64,000 bases of DNA from Camelus dromedarius. Taxonomy: Eukaryota. The stretch spans positions 58,096,001-58,160,000 of the forward strand of contig NC_087436.1 in the NCBI RefSeq assembly GCF_036321535.1, in the 5' to 3' direction. The notes beneath the pieces were generated by a model, which had not been told where the DNA came from, searched no databases, and saw only the letters and a program-made list of their open reading frames with translations. Below are positions 51,883 through 64,000 of this stretch, one piece after another. The position numbers were made by a program, and so were the translations under genes. Positions within the stretch are counted from its first letter, which is position 1, and every line of letters starts with the position of its first letter.

Positions 51883-52649
51883 AGCTTCTCTACCTTCATT
51901 AATCAAAAATGCCTTTTCTGTAATTAATATCCTCCCTCTTTCACTCTGTCCATTGTCACTGCTCCTCTGAGCTGATTCTATTATATAGCTATAATTTTCA
52001 TTTCCTAATTTGTTTGCCTCTTGAAATTTTATTACCTGTTACTTTGACTAATTTATACTCATCATTATTTTTGAGAGTCACCTAATTATAATTTTCCCTG
52101 TATTGCTTTCTCTTTCTTTCCTGTGTAATTTCATATCTATTTTATATTAGAAGATAGACTCTTATAATCACCCCGTGTGCTGTATGCTCTGGTGGGTAAT
52201 GTTTGCATACTGTTTTGTTGCAAAAGCACTAATATCCAACCTCACAGTATACTACTGAAAACAAGACTGTGCTACATTGTTATTAAATCAATAATAACTG
52301 TAAGTACAAAACAAATGCCAAGGCAATATTTACATTTAGTTTAAAAAGTTATTAGAATTATTTCCATCTTTGGGTATACACCTGTACAAAATTACAAGGT
52401 AATGCACTGAAACAACATGAATATAAATAAGTAATCAGAATAATATGTGAAAAAATTTTGAAAAAAAGATAAGGTGGTACATTATGTTCACATTGAATAT
52501 AACAAATACAATATAATTGAATATATATATTTATTCAAATTCAAGGGGTAAGTCTAAAAACAAAAAAATGATGAAGTCACAGTTGTTATCATCATGGAGT
52601 TAATGAGACAAAGATATGTATTTGAAGAAAGATTTTATGAGGAAGATGA

Positions 52650-52910
52650 TTTTGAAGGATGGTAGGACTTTTTTATATATGAAGGGGAAAACTTCATTTC
52701 AGCAGAGAAAGCGTGTAAGAAAACATAAAAGATTGCAAACTGCAGAGCAATTGTGGGGAACAGCCAACAGGCCAATGTAGACAGCTCACAGGATATGTGA
52801 GAAAATAATAAATGATGCAATGTAAAGGAGTAGGTTAGTGTCAGTCACAGAAAATCATGAATGCCAAACAAAGCAGTTTGTATCAAATGATGCCTTAAAC
52901 AGAAAGTTTC

Positions 52911-52948
<38 letters not shown>

Positions 52949-53320
52949 AGCTTCACATGTGGTTGGTAAGATCACAGATATGCTGTAACTTTATTTGAAC
53001 ACAATGGAATAGGCAGAGACTGAAGAGGTGGAGTCAAATCAATAGTAAATTTAAGATTCTGCAAGGAGGGCCATCAGGGATGCAAAGGGGTGCATGGAAA
53101 TTTGTAAGGATATTAGAGACATTGAGGACCCACATCTGTAGGATACAGGTCCTACATGAAAGAATATTAAAGGTGAATAAAAGGGGAAAGTAAGTGATGA
53201 CTTCGAGTTAAACGATCTATGTGACTGAGAAAATATGATGCTGTTCATGAAGATAAGAGAAGAAACCGGACTGAGGTGAGTGGTGGTGAGGAGAGAACAG
53301 AAGCAGCAGAGGAGAATGCT
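52650..53320 (-). mobile_element. L2 fragment with internal (TTA)n at ~52912-52949
   Basis: Purine-rich: 'agtgatgacttcgag...gatgctgttcatgaagataagaga...gctttttggacagg'. Confidence 0.6.
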
Positions 53321-54049
53321 TTTTGGACAGGCTGTCAGAGACAAAGCACCTCCCTCTGCAACAGCTCTTTCACCGCCTGCAACTGTCTGCACTTCCAGTG
53401 TCCTTGCTCCATACTCTGAGCACTCTGAGGGGAGGCAGGTGCAGTGTCTCATTGAGACCTTATTTCTGGTGTTTGATTCTCGCCTGGCACTTATTTTTTT
53501 CCCATCACAGTTCAGTGAACATTTCCAGAGAAGTTAGCATAGACTCAGCAATCTACCTCAAATAAAAAATGGGCCATTTTTTTCAACTTTTACATTTAGT
53601 TTTCTGGTGAAGAAGAAAAACTTTTATAGCAAATCAAGAGCCAGAATCGACTGAGGTTGGCCAGAGGTCTACATTTCCTCCCCAACCAAAATTATCTCTT
53701 CCTGCTTTTTAAGGCTTGAAATTTAACTATTTGATATTTGTTCCTGGAGGTTACTCCTGATTAAAAATCTAAGTAATTCACTGAAAGGGAAAACAGAAAT
53801 CCTTATGTCAATGTATGGTTATGGAATCCTTTGCTGAGATCAAGTTTGACAAGTGGAAAAGTATAGAGGAGAAGTAAGAAAAAGGTGATAAAAAGAAAAT
53901 CTAGGATTATCACAGATTAACTTACCTACTTCACAATTTTATATAAAGCTAAGAACCCAAAGCATCTCCCTGAGCGCATGCTCTTACTTCAATCTTCCCT
54001 TTTTTTTTCTTTAACAAAATGTTAAATAATTGCACCTGCACTTGGTTCC

Positions 54050-54670
54050 TAATCTCAATAGAGCAACCAGAGTGATCCTGTTAAAATAAGTCATTCTGTG
54101 TCATTCTTCTGCTCAAAACCCATTAGATCTTTCCATCTAAAGCGGAATTAAAGTTGCCAATGACCTATAATTCTGTTTCCACCCTTCTCTTTATGACTTC
54201 ACTTTGTTCTATATTCTTCCCAGTTTACTCCTCTCCAACCACATGAGCTTTAGCTGGTCCTGAAAGTCATCAGGTATAGCCCCAAATGTAGGTCCCTTGA
54301 ACCTAACATTGAAAACACACTTCTCCCAGATAGCTTTTTGAATAATTTCCCCACTTCCTTCAAATTTTCCTTTGAAATATAGCTACCTAACTAGGAATAG
54401 CTGCAATCCCCTTTCCCACATGTTCCTGACCTGTCTGACCCTGTTCCTCTTTCTCTGTGGTATTTACCATCTTCCAACAGGCTATAAAGTCTACCTATCC
54501 ATTATATTTCATAATTACCACTCTCTCTACCTAAAAGGTAGGGGTCATTCTTGGTTTAGTCTTCTTGTTATTGTTGTTTTTCACTTTTATACTCCCAGCC
54601 CCTAGCACAATCTCAGACACAATAGTATGAGTTCAATAAATATTTTGCTGAGTAGAAGAATGAGTGAAAT
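54050..54670 (+). mobile_element. L2a-like 3' fragment
   Basis: 'gcaaccagagtgatcctgttaaaataagtca...tgtcattcttctgctcaaaacc...cccagcccctagcacaa...gttcaataaatatttt'. Confidence 0.8.
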
Positions 54671-57129
54671 CCCGTTTCCAAATACTCTACTGATGGCTTA
54701 AATTTTGCACAATAGCATCCAACTCTATTTTCCCCTTTGTTGTTTGTTTTTTTATTTAAAGATCACAGTATCTGCCCTTTATAAAATAAATAAATAAAGC
54801 AAAATAGCAAACATGTAGTGAACTCTTAACTATTAAATCAGTAAATGTATCCTTATAGAGGCCTAGGAAACCTGGAGTTCTACTTAGTAGCTAGAGAGCA
54901 TGAGTGTTAACCTAGCTTGCATGGTAGAAAAAGCTCAAGACTGTTAGTTCTCAGGAATTCAAGCACCCATGACAATGACTCAGGATACTGCCTCAGAATA
55001 TCCCTTGTTGGAAGCTTGTATCCTGTTGAATACTTTCCAAGATAATAAACCAGGAAATGAAAACAAAACTAAACTGAACTAATTAAATCTAAAAAGGAAA
55101 GCTACAAATAAGCAAAAAAAATGGGTTTATAAATGTGAAAAAATGTAAATTAAAAAGTAATTTACAATTATGACAGTGTCTATAGATTTTATAGAGAATT
55201 ACTCCTGTTATTATTAGCATGTTAGACATTTAACATAATTGAATTTACAACTTGAGTTTTCTAACATGCTGCTGTGTTACACATAAATCTAAGCAGTCAT
55301 TTTTATCTGAAACTCATATTAAATTTTGATTTTGAAGACACTTTTTATATGTATAATTAAATGTATCTCATACAGACATAATGAAATGATACGTGGTGTA
55401 AGTCTTTGTAACTGGCAAAGTGCTACACAAATTAAATAGATTATTATTATTAAATTTTTTACACATATTTCTTCCCATTGCCTTCACTGTATCAGATTTA
55501 GGTTAGAAATATAATAGGAAAGCAGCTTTCAAGTAACCATGTGCATCTCCCATTGAAACCTGTTAAGGGTTACCACATGAGTATAAAAGGATAGTATTCG
55601 GCCCATAATGTGTTCAAGATCTAATTTGCTGTACACTGAAAGCATTACATTAGTAATAACAGTCAAAGCTGAATCTCAGAGGGTTGGCAATTTTGCTGAA
55701 GCATCTAGAATTTTTCTTATCTGAACTACCCAAACTTTTCAAAGCTCTCTCCTTTTTCTCTCCCTCTCTACAATCACTCAATTAAAACAATTTTTCCCCC
55801 TGCTACAGAGCAGTGGAATTTCACAAATTTATGCTACATTTAACAGCTCAAGGTTTTACACTAATAAAAAACAGACTTTGAAGGCACAAGCATATACAGT
55901 GTATGTTTGTTGGTGACACGTAATATCTTCTATTGTCATTAGAGCAAAATGAAATTGTATTTCATGGTTTCCTGCTTTTAGAGAACATTGAAAAAACAGT
56001 GTTTTCTGTTTTAAGTCTGTAACATAGCTAGATCCCACACCTGGTTAAAAAAATAAAATACGTATAACTTTATTCCTTTTTTACTTATGATTTAAAATTT
56101 TCAGGAATTAAACATCTATGTTCTCATTTTGTTGGGTATGAGGAAGGGAGGATGGATATGCATCTTTTTATTTATTGTTGATTTGATTTTTTTTTTATGT
56201 CACCAGGGCACTGATTCATCCCATGTGTACTCAACATATATAATCAATGGGTAATAAGGAAAACATGAAAAACAAATATGTGGACTTGAATTATTTTTTT
56301 GCTTTGATATATATGACCTATAGATTTTATTCTCCTAACCTGCAAAAATTTTAGATGCAGTAGATACCAAAATCAAGAGAAAATGTATCTCTGTACTTGT
56401 AAAACTCTTGCTAAACTGGGAAAGTACTTATGCTTTCTTAGCCAAAACTTTGGCATTCTAAATCTTCCCAGGTCCTGTCATGATTGTTTCACTTTATCTC
56501 TATGTGGTCTTAGGAGAATATTCATTTAATTTCTTTGTAGCCTTTTCCTCAGTTTCCCATTTCAAGGAAACTGCTATCTGTTTACAAAACATTTGAGGCC
56601 TGAGCTAATGAGATTTGATTTAATTTCCTTTTCCCTTTGTATTCCAGCAACAGTTCCAAAGCTCCCTATGCCTAGGAAATAATATGTTTCCTGTGTAGTT
56701 ATGCACTTGAGTGACTTCTCCAAACTAGGGAAGACCGAATGCTTCCAGTTCAAATGTAGCAGTGGAAGACTGTGCATAAAATAACTACTCTGTAATTCAA
56801 CTAAGAAAAGCTATGGCACCCAGGTAATACGATTCCTCTGGGAAGAGCACAAAAAGATTCTGAAAGGGGGATGATAAAAATAAGAACTAGAGTTTAATTT
56901 AAAAATGGACTTTCATTCATTCTAAATTTCTTTACTAAGTAACCTCTGCCCTGTTCCCAGAAATACACCATCCCTATGATTGAGAATAAGTGGTACACCA
57001 AAACACAGGCCTAAAGTCTGACTTGTATTAAGGAGATAGCTGTTTTCTCAAAGTAATTTTGAGATTACTGAAGGGAAGTTAGGGAAGCAAGGGTCAGGTC
57101 TGGAGGGAAAAAACAGGGAAGATCAGTAT

Positions 57130-57330
57130 TGCCCATCCAACACCTTTCTAGGCAGGCAGAGCAGTTTAAGATTATATTATTTAATTCCAGTAATAATCTC
57201 TGAAATAGGTAAACATTAGCATCCTCATTATCAGAGGAGAAAAGAGAGAACTTGCAAAGGTTAAGAAATTCACCCAGCAGATAGCAGGGGCATAATTAAA
57301 ACGTGGGTCTGACTGACCACAACATTCGAT
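57130..57330 (-). mobile_element. MIR SINE, degenerate
   Basis: 'tctctgaaataggtaaacattagcatcctcattatcagaggag...aaggttaagaaattcaccc'. Confidence 0.6.
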
Positions 57331-57533
57331 CGAGTAAACAACATAATGAATCTGCTTTTAAACTTCTGCTTCTAAACAACTAGGACATTATTATAATGAT
57401 AATGAATTCAACTTAGCAATTATATCAGGGAAAGTGCTTTCTTGACTATATCAGGCCTATAATGTGTAGTGTGTATAAAATGAAGTGGCTTCAAACAATA
57501 GAGGTCTTATAATGATGTTTATATAATCATGCT

Positions 57534-57583
57534 ATCAGATGACCTGCACTAGTAAAACATCAGATTACCTGCACTAGTAAAAA
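57534..57583. repeat. 25-bp tandem duplication
   Basis: atcagatgacctgcactagtaaaac / atcagattacctgcactagtaaaaa. Confidence 0.9.
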
Positions 57584-58149
57584 ATTTTGAGTGACCCTGC
57601 AATATTTTATTTAATTTTAGAGATATGGTGAGAGGCAATAAATTAGCAATGTAATTATCAACTAAAATTCCTTTGTACACTTTCTGTCAGGACCTTATGT
57701 ATTTACACCAGTAAGTTTTTTTTCTGAGTATCCTCAATTTCTTAATTCTTAAAAAAATTAGTGTTGAATACAACTCTTGGTAGAGTGGCTATTCAGCCCT
57801 TGAATACATATTTCCTGGGAGCTCTGTTAGGCTTTCTCAGAAATTATAACATATTTGCTTTTACAGTTTTATAAGTAAATGTGTTTTGATTTTTTTCTTC
57901 AGTGTTTATGGAGTTATATAAGCCTAACAGTTCAATTACACTAACATAGGTATGGCACCTTTTAGTCATCATGGAATTTACATACTAAAGTGCTTTTAGT
58001 GTATTTTTAGAGCTTCTATAAAACCTTATTGTCCATAAATCATTCAAAAACTACATTAGTACATTTTTCTTTTTATGTAAGCCATTGCTGAAGTATTTGC
58101 AAAATGCACGGTTTTATAATTGCTTTGAATCCATAAAAATCCAGGTACT

Positions 58150-58370
58150 GTTAGAATGTTAGGTGGAGAGAGAGCAAAGTTTTAGTCAGTCAGATACATT
58201 GGGTTTCTTCCCATCACTGCTACTTCCTAGCTTTCCTTCCTTGTGCAAGTTATTCAACCTCATTGCTCTCTGGTTTCTTCACTTAGTTACAGTACTAACT
58301 TTCCAGGAAATATATATAATGTGCCTAATACATATGTCCAGCATGGTAATTATTCAATAAATGTTAAGGA
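58150..58370 (+). mobile_element. MIR SINE
   Basis: 'ctgctacttcctagct...gcaagttattcaacctc...tggtttcttcac...ttcaataaatgtta'. Confidence 0.65.
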
Positions 58371-58684
58371 TTTTAGTAACAGTTGGTGGATCCTTTAGCA
58401 CAATATAATATTCTTTATAATCCAGACTCTATTTTAGTACTTATTACCACAGACAACAGTTTATTTCACTACTGGATAACTCAAGTTGTAAAGATGTATC
58501 TTCCTTTCATTGATGACAGATCTGTCTACCTGGAACTTCTATATATATGTACACTTTGATACTCTCCAAATAATGAACAGACATCTGACAAGAGAACAAT
58601 TATATATGAATAACTTTTTCACTTTCTCTCTGAATAAGGTAAACATCTTCAGGTTTCACTTTGTGTGTTTGTTTCCTGCATGAT

Positions 58685-59290
58685 AAATCAATTAGGACTC
58701 TTTTCATTCTGGCTTACACAAAACTTGACTAGTTTTTTGACCCAGGTACCAAAGTAGATCTAGTTCAGGTTTAATATGATCCAAGGGCTCAAATTATGTC
58801 ATCAGAATTTTGTGCTGCCATCTTCAAAACTTTTCTCACCCACCCCATATTGGCTCCACAGATTTTCCCATTTTAATGTTAAGACAGTTCCACACTCAGG
58901 TTTTTACAACTCTGAGTCGAGTGGAAAAGAGAAAATAACCTCAGCCTAAATCTCATTAATCATTAAATTAATCACCATGGGCAGGGTGAGCAGATTAACT
59001 TAAGTGTGGGATATACATGTAGAAACTAATCAGAATGAACATTACCACCCATCAATCAGAACAGACCCTGGCCATAAACAACAATTACAGCTGCAGAATG
59101 CATCTGTGCTGACCTTAATTTTATTTCAAATATTTCCCCTGACCTTTCCCCAGAGCAGATTATAGAGTTAAAGTCACCCTAATAGTAAGGACCGAGAGTG
59201 GAGGGAATCTTGATTCCCAGGAGAAAAACAGAATTATGGTAAACAAAAGAAAGTTGAGTAATTTTGGGTACTAAAAATAACCATCGTCCA
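58685..59290. mobile_element. Old MaLR LTR (MLT1J/K-like), degenerate
   Basis: 'aattaggactctttt...tgatccaagggctcaaattatgtcatcag...aatcaccatgggcaggg'. Confidence 0.5.
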
Positions 59291-62189
59291 CTCCTCATGG
59301 TTTTGAGAACTTCCAAAAATCTAATTACTTTACTGGATTAATTTTAGTTAAACAATTGCTCTACTGAACATGTTCTCTATAATTAATGCTTAGCATGAAG
59401 TCTGAGCAACATAGTTTAGGACAAGAATTTTACTTGTTTTGGTCTAAAGTCTACACCTCTATTAATGAAGCCCAAGATATCTCTAACCAATTTGATATTC
59501 TTCACTTGAAATACTATCAAGCCAGATTCCTCGGCATCCTGTTCTTATATAGTTTATTTCCTAAAGTTAAAAGCCAAATGTAAAACTCTCGGTCTTATAA
59601 AATTTAATCTTACTTAGTTTAGTGTGTCCTTCTGGTCTGTCAAGATAATACTAAACATTTTACATAAATTCAAGCAGTAAGTCATCATCTAGAAACTTGA
59701 AAATATTATATCCAGCCAGAAATTAATAAATAAATAGAAATTCAATCATTTAAAAACTATTTTTTAAAAACTTTCACACATAGTAAAGGAGACCCTCCTA
59801 GATTTGTATTAATGTATTAATTGGCACCATTCGGGTAGGTCTGATCAATGACCTATGAATGTACTTTAGTCAGTATTTCTCTACCAGGTGGAAAAGAAAA
59901 TGTGCCTTTGTTAAATACGTTTTATGAATTAAAATCCATTATTTTTATGCAGTCCCTTGAACTGGTGTTAGTTCTTTTAAAAGCTCATGTTAGCTCTAGT
60001 TATTTATTTTCTCAAGTGCACACATTTTAGGTAACTAATCATCTTATTTTGAATTTTAATAGGATCAACATCAAACTCATTGGCCTAGAGACTGGAGGAT
60101 CCATTTTCCCTTTTAGATTTATGATACTACCCTTTTTCACTTATGCAGAACTTAAAAACTTAAGATTCCAAAATAACACATCATCAACCCTACATTATCC
60201 TGAAACATATTATCTGCATTTTAACTTATCTTCATAAATCTCATTTTCAAGTTCTGACTTCTATAATTAAGCAGAGTGGGTGATGAAGCCTTATAGTGCT
60301 ACTGCTCTCTGACTTAATTTCTTTCACCTGTGCCAGCTGTGGCACAGTAGGAAATCTTTTAAACAGTAATAATGAATTATCTCTCTATACCCAAGAAAAG
60401 CATAAAGCTGGAATTTGTTAAACTCTAAAGATTAAGAAAAGGAATAGTATATACTCTTACAACAGTCGGAGAATATACTCAGTAATACACTCTTACAACA
60501 TCAAAGCATAATTTGAGGGTCCTTCTATTCCAACTCCTTCATTTTCCAAGTAAAGAAATAGGCTGAGGGAAGTTCAGTGATTTGTCGAATGGATTAATAG
60601 CTACAAACACTCAGAGCTAGCACATACGCTCTGTACTTCTGTCAATTTGGATCCCCTTCAAACTTGCCACAGTGCTCCTTGATTGAAAGGTTAAATTCCA
60701 ACACATATAGAAAAAAAGAGTTCTGAGGAAGTGAACAAGAAGGAGATGGTTAACTTTATTTGTCCATCCAACAATGTATTTATTTCCAATCACTGAGTCT
60801 TCACTTCTGCTAGTCACTGCTTTAAACTCTATGGAGTATAGAAATGAATAATATTTGGACCAAACTCAAAAAGGGGTCTACATTCAGAATTTACTGTGAC
60901 ATAGGATTCACACTGTAACTTTATTTTTAATAAAAGTAGTTGAAACTGCAAGATGGAAAACACATCCATATTTAATTATCTGGTGTCCTTCATTATTTTC
61001 AAACTATATTGACACTTCTAATTAATATGTCTTTATCAGACAACAGTAGAAAGATGTTTCTCTCGTATTTTCTTCCTTCAGAATTCATATTTCTTGTCTG
61101 CTCTAAATGAAATGCTGTAGATACTGTTTTACCTCATGCTAAATAGTTTATATCAGCTAGTAAATTGTTCTCTTTAACAAACTGAATTACTTTAATCTGT
61201 CAATTCAACAATTGTACAAATCTGTAATAATCTGTTGTTTTTATAGTAAAAGAACAGGTCATTTCTCAAGTCCTTATGTTCAAATTTCTTGATTAAGGGA
61301 TGTTAGAACTTAAAACATGGTAGCTGCTCAAAAACGGCTTTCTTATTAATCATTTTAAAAAACATTTTTGTGTCTGTCTTATGCATTTCCCCAGTTTCAG
61401 GGGCATGAGCTGGCAATCTGACTGTAGGAATGAATGTGATATGTAATATTTGTGACCTAGCATTTCTACCAGCACTGTGAATGGAGAATGAGCTGCCACA
61501 TTTTTAGAGAAAATACATCTCTCATTACAACATAGTCAGATAGCCTGCATAATGAGTTTCTAATATAGTAAGTAAAACATATCGTTAAGAACAATTTTTA
61601 AAGAGAAGAATCTATCTTAAAACAATGTGATTTACTTTTTAAACAAACTCACTAAGTCTTTTAACCAACATGAAACGGATATGATTATGTTATTTTAATC
61701 AAATATAATCAAAATGTGTGTGTATGTGCATGTTACTACTTTGGCATGCAAAACATAATGTGAGGGTTATAGTTTGAAAGGCAAAATGAGGAGAATCCTC
61801 AGATATTTTAATATAATATTCAAAAGACAGGACAGAACTGCCCTGAAAATCATTATGTCTGCCAGCATGACTTAAGAAGTGGGCTCTGTACTCTGCACCC
61901 TTGAAAATTATGACTCTTATGTAGCAATCTCTTCTCAGATACGCATGTCTGTCCCAGATTTGGGCTGTAAAATTGTAGCTTACACTGAATCTACTTTATG
62001 AAAATTTTACATCCTTCCTTTCTATGTACCAGCTTATTGAAATAGAAAACAGGCTGTTTTCATCTAGCACATTTACTAATGTAAACATTTTTTTTGCTGT
62101 TCAGCCCGGATGACAGCCAGACACCGGTGAAAAAGATGGCACTTCTCCCTTTCTTTTCCAAAACACTTCACATATCTCTTTCAGATAAC

Positions 62190-62350
62190 AGATTAAACAG
62201 TCCTGTGGTTCACTCAGGACTTTTCTCTGTGCTTTGCTTAGTCTGCTATTTGAGTCTGGAGATCATGTCTAATTTCTTACTCATTCTGTATCATTAATGT
62301 CTAATACAGTTCCTGGAACGTAATAGGTGCTCACACATTTTTTAGAATTG
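62190..62350 (+). mobile_element. L2 3'-end fragment
   Basis: 'tctgtatcattaatgtctaatacagttcctggaacgtaataggtgctca'. Confidence 0.65.
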
Positions 62351-64000
62351 AAAAGGAATGTTCAATACTATTAATTATTTCTGCTTCTGTATGATGGGGA
62401 ACAAATTTGCTGAGGTTTGCATAAACAGAAGTGGTAAGTTTACCACTTAAATGGTCAAAATGACTTTCTCTAGAAACCTTTTCTACATCTAAAAGTTTAT
62501 TCAATGAGATCAGCAATATAGTTTCCCCAAGGGAGTGATGAAGAATCTGTTCAGGCCATCTACAAACGTGTTGGCTTGCCTGCACTGCATTAATATGCTA
62601 AAAAGTGGTAACAAACAAAAGGCTAAAGTAGAGAAAGAAGAAAAAAAATCAGCATTTTCAAAATACAGTAAAATACAATAAAACTGACCCTTAAAATGTA
62701 TGTCTCAGAATATATACAGATAATATATATCACAGAACGTGAATTTTCATTGTTTTTCCTCCAAGTGACCTGATAAGTAAGAAATGTTTATTTCTTTGCA
62801 TTAAAAATAACTGATATATGGACTACTGTATGGCTGGCAGAAGCCAGATAAAAGGTACAAAAGAAATGTTATAAAAATGTTTGAAGCTTAAAATTCAAAT
62901 GAAAGTAGTTCATCAAACCATCATCAAATAAAAATACTATATTTTAAAGTTAGTTCTATTATACTAACTATATGCATTCTATTTTTTTTACATTATTTCC
63001 ATGTATTTGGAATAATACAAATGATTGAATGGTGTCTAAAATAAAACATTTATCTACTGAAAGAGAGACTTAGTGGTTTAGCTGTTCCCCCATCCGGGAA
63101 TATCACCACATATCACTGACAGTATCATATACTCATCCTTAATTATACTTCTAAGCAAATTAATGTTTAGCATACATGATTGTCAGCAAAAATGTTTATT
63201 TGAGCATCAGCCTTATTTGGATAGCCAAACCCAAAAGATCATGAACTTTAAGAAGAGCCAAATAATTCAATGAAAATCTATTTTCTTACTAGATCCTCAA
63301 TTCAGTAAGTCTACACCCCCTGCCCCGATCTCAATTCCTCTTTCTACCGTAGGATGTTGCATCTCTAATAACACAATCAATATGTGTTCTTGAGTCAATA
63401 ATTTGAAAAAATGGCAGTTTTAAACTACAGGTATTACATAGATTGTTTGAGTATCATAAAGTTTAGTTATATATAGCAGTAAAACACCTTTCCTATATTT
63501 TTCTAGGACTATAATTTTTATAAAAAAAATTTACTTCAAACTAAACCTCAATTAGGGTATAAATAAGACAATATATTCTGTATATTTAAAACTACTTATT
63601 TACACTTTGCTATTTCCTATTTTTTAACATATAAAACAGTGACTAAAATCGACATAAGAACCTTAGATAAGAATAAACGTTAAGAAATGTAAATCTTTTT
63701 TATGACTAGTAAAAAGTAGAGATGTACTTAAGATCCTAAAAATGCCATAAATCCACAAATGCAAACACATACAAACTGTCTTTTAAAATGACAGAAGTTC
63801 TTTGAAGGGAATGTTCTTATACCCAACTCACCTCCGTAGCATTGGAGCCATACATAAGAGCAGGGTGAACAAGTTATTTCCCAGGGCTCTTATATTCATT
63901 TTTTCTCTCTGCTGTCATATAAGAGGATTTTTAAAAGCAGAGACAGTGGAGATGCTAATATTAGAGCAGGCAGATAGCTAGATATGAGCAGAGAAAGGGG

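Noticed and set aside
53051..53565. Overlapping ORFs of 80-133 aa
   Set aside because: Largely within or adjacent to a decayed L2; no recognisable domain.

Overview
AT-rich, CpG-poor mammalian genomic DNA, intronic or intergenic. It is most likely camelid: there are three copies of a tRNA-Ala-derived SINE matching the camelid Vic-1 family. I can identify no protein-coding gene with confidence. The recognisable ORFs are decayed LINE-1 ORF1/ORF2 fragments; the rest look like chance ORFs. The window is dominated by transposon fossils: a ~5.5 kb old L1 with an internal deletion and a nested younger L1, other L1 pieces, L2, L3/CR1, MIR, hAT MITEs (MER5, MER33, MER3, MER81), MaLR/ERVL solo LTRs and microsatellites. 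The best-supported unusual structures are (1) a composite SINE-spacer-polyA-SINE insertion within one target-site duplication inside an LTR, (2) a probable L1 3' transduction and (3) a perfect 81-bp tandem duplication. Several minus-strand exon-like segments with good splice signals lie in repeat-free DNA but could be pseudo-exons. I see no firm evidence of a novel multi-gene system. Repeat family names are from recalled consensus similarity, not a database search, and old-repeat boundaries are approximate.
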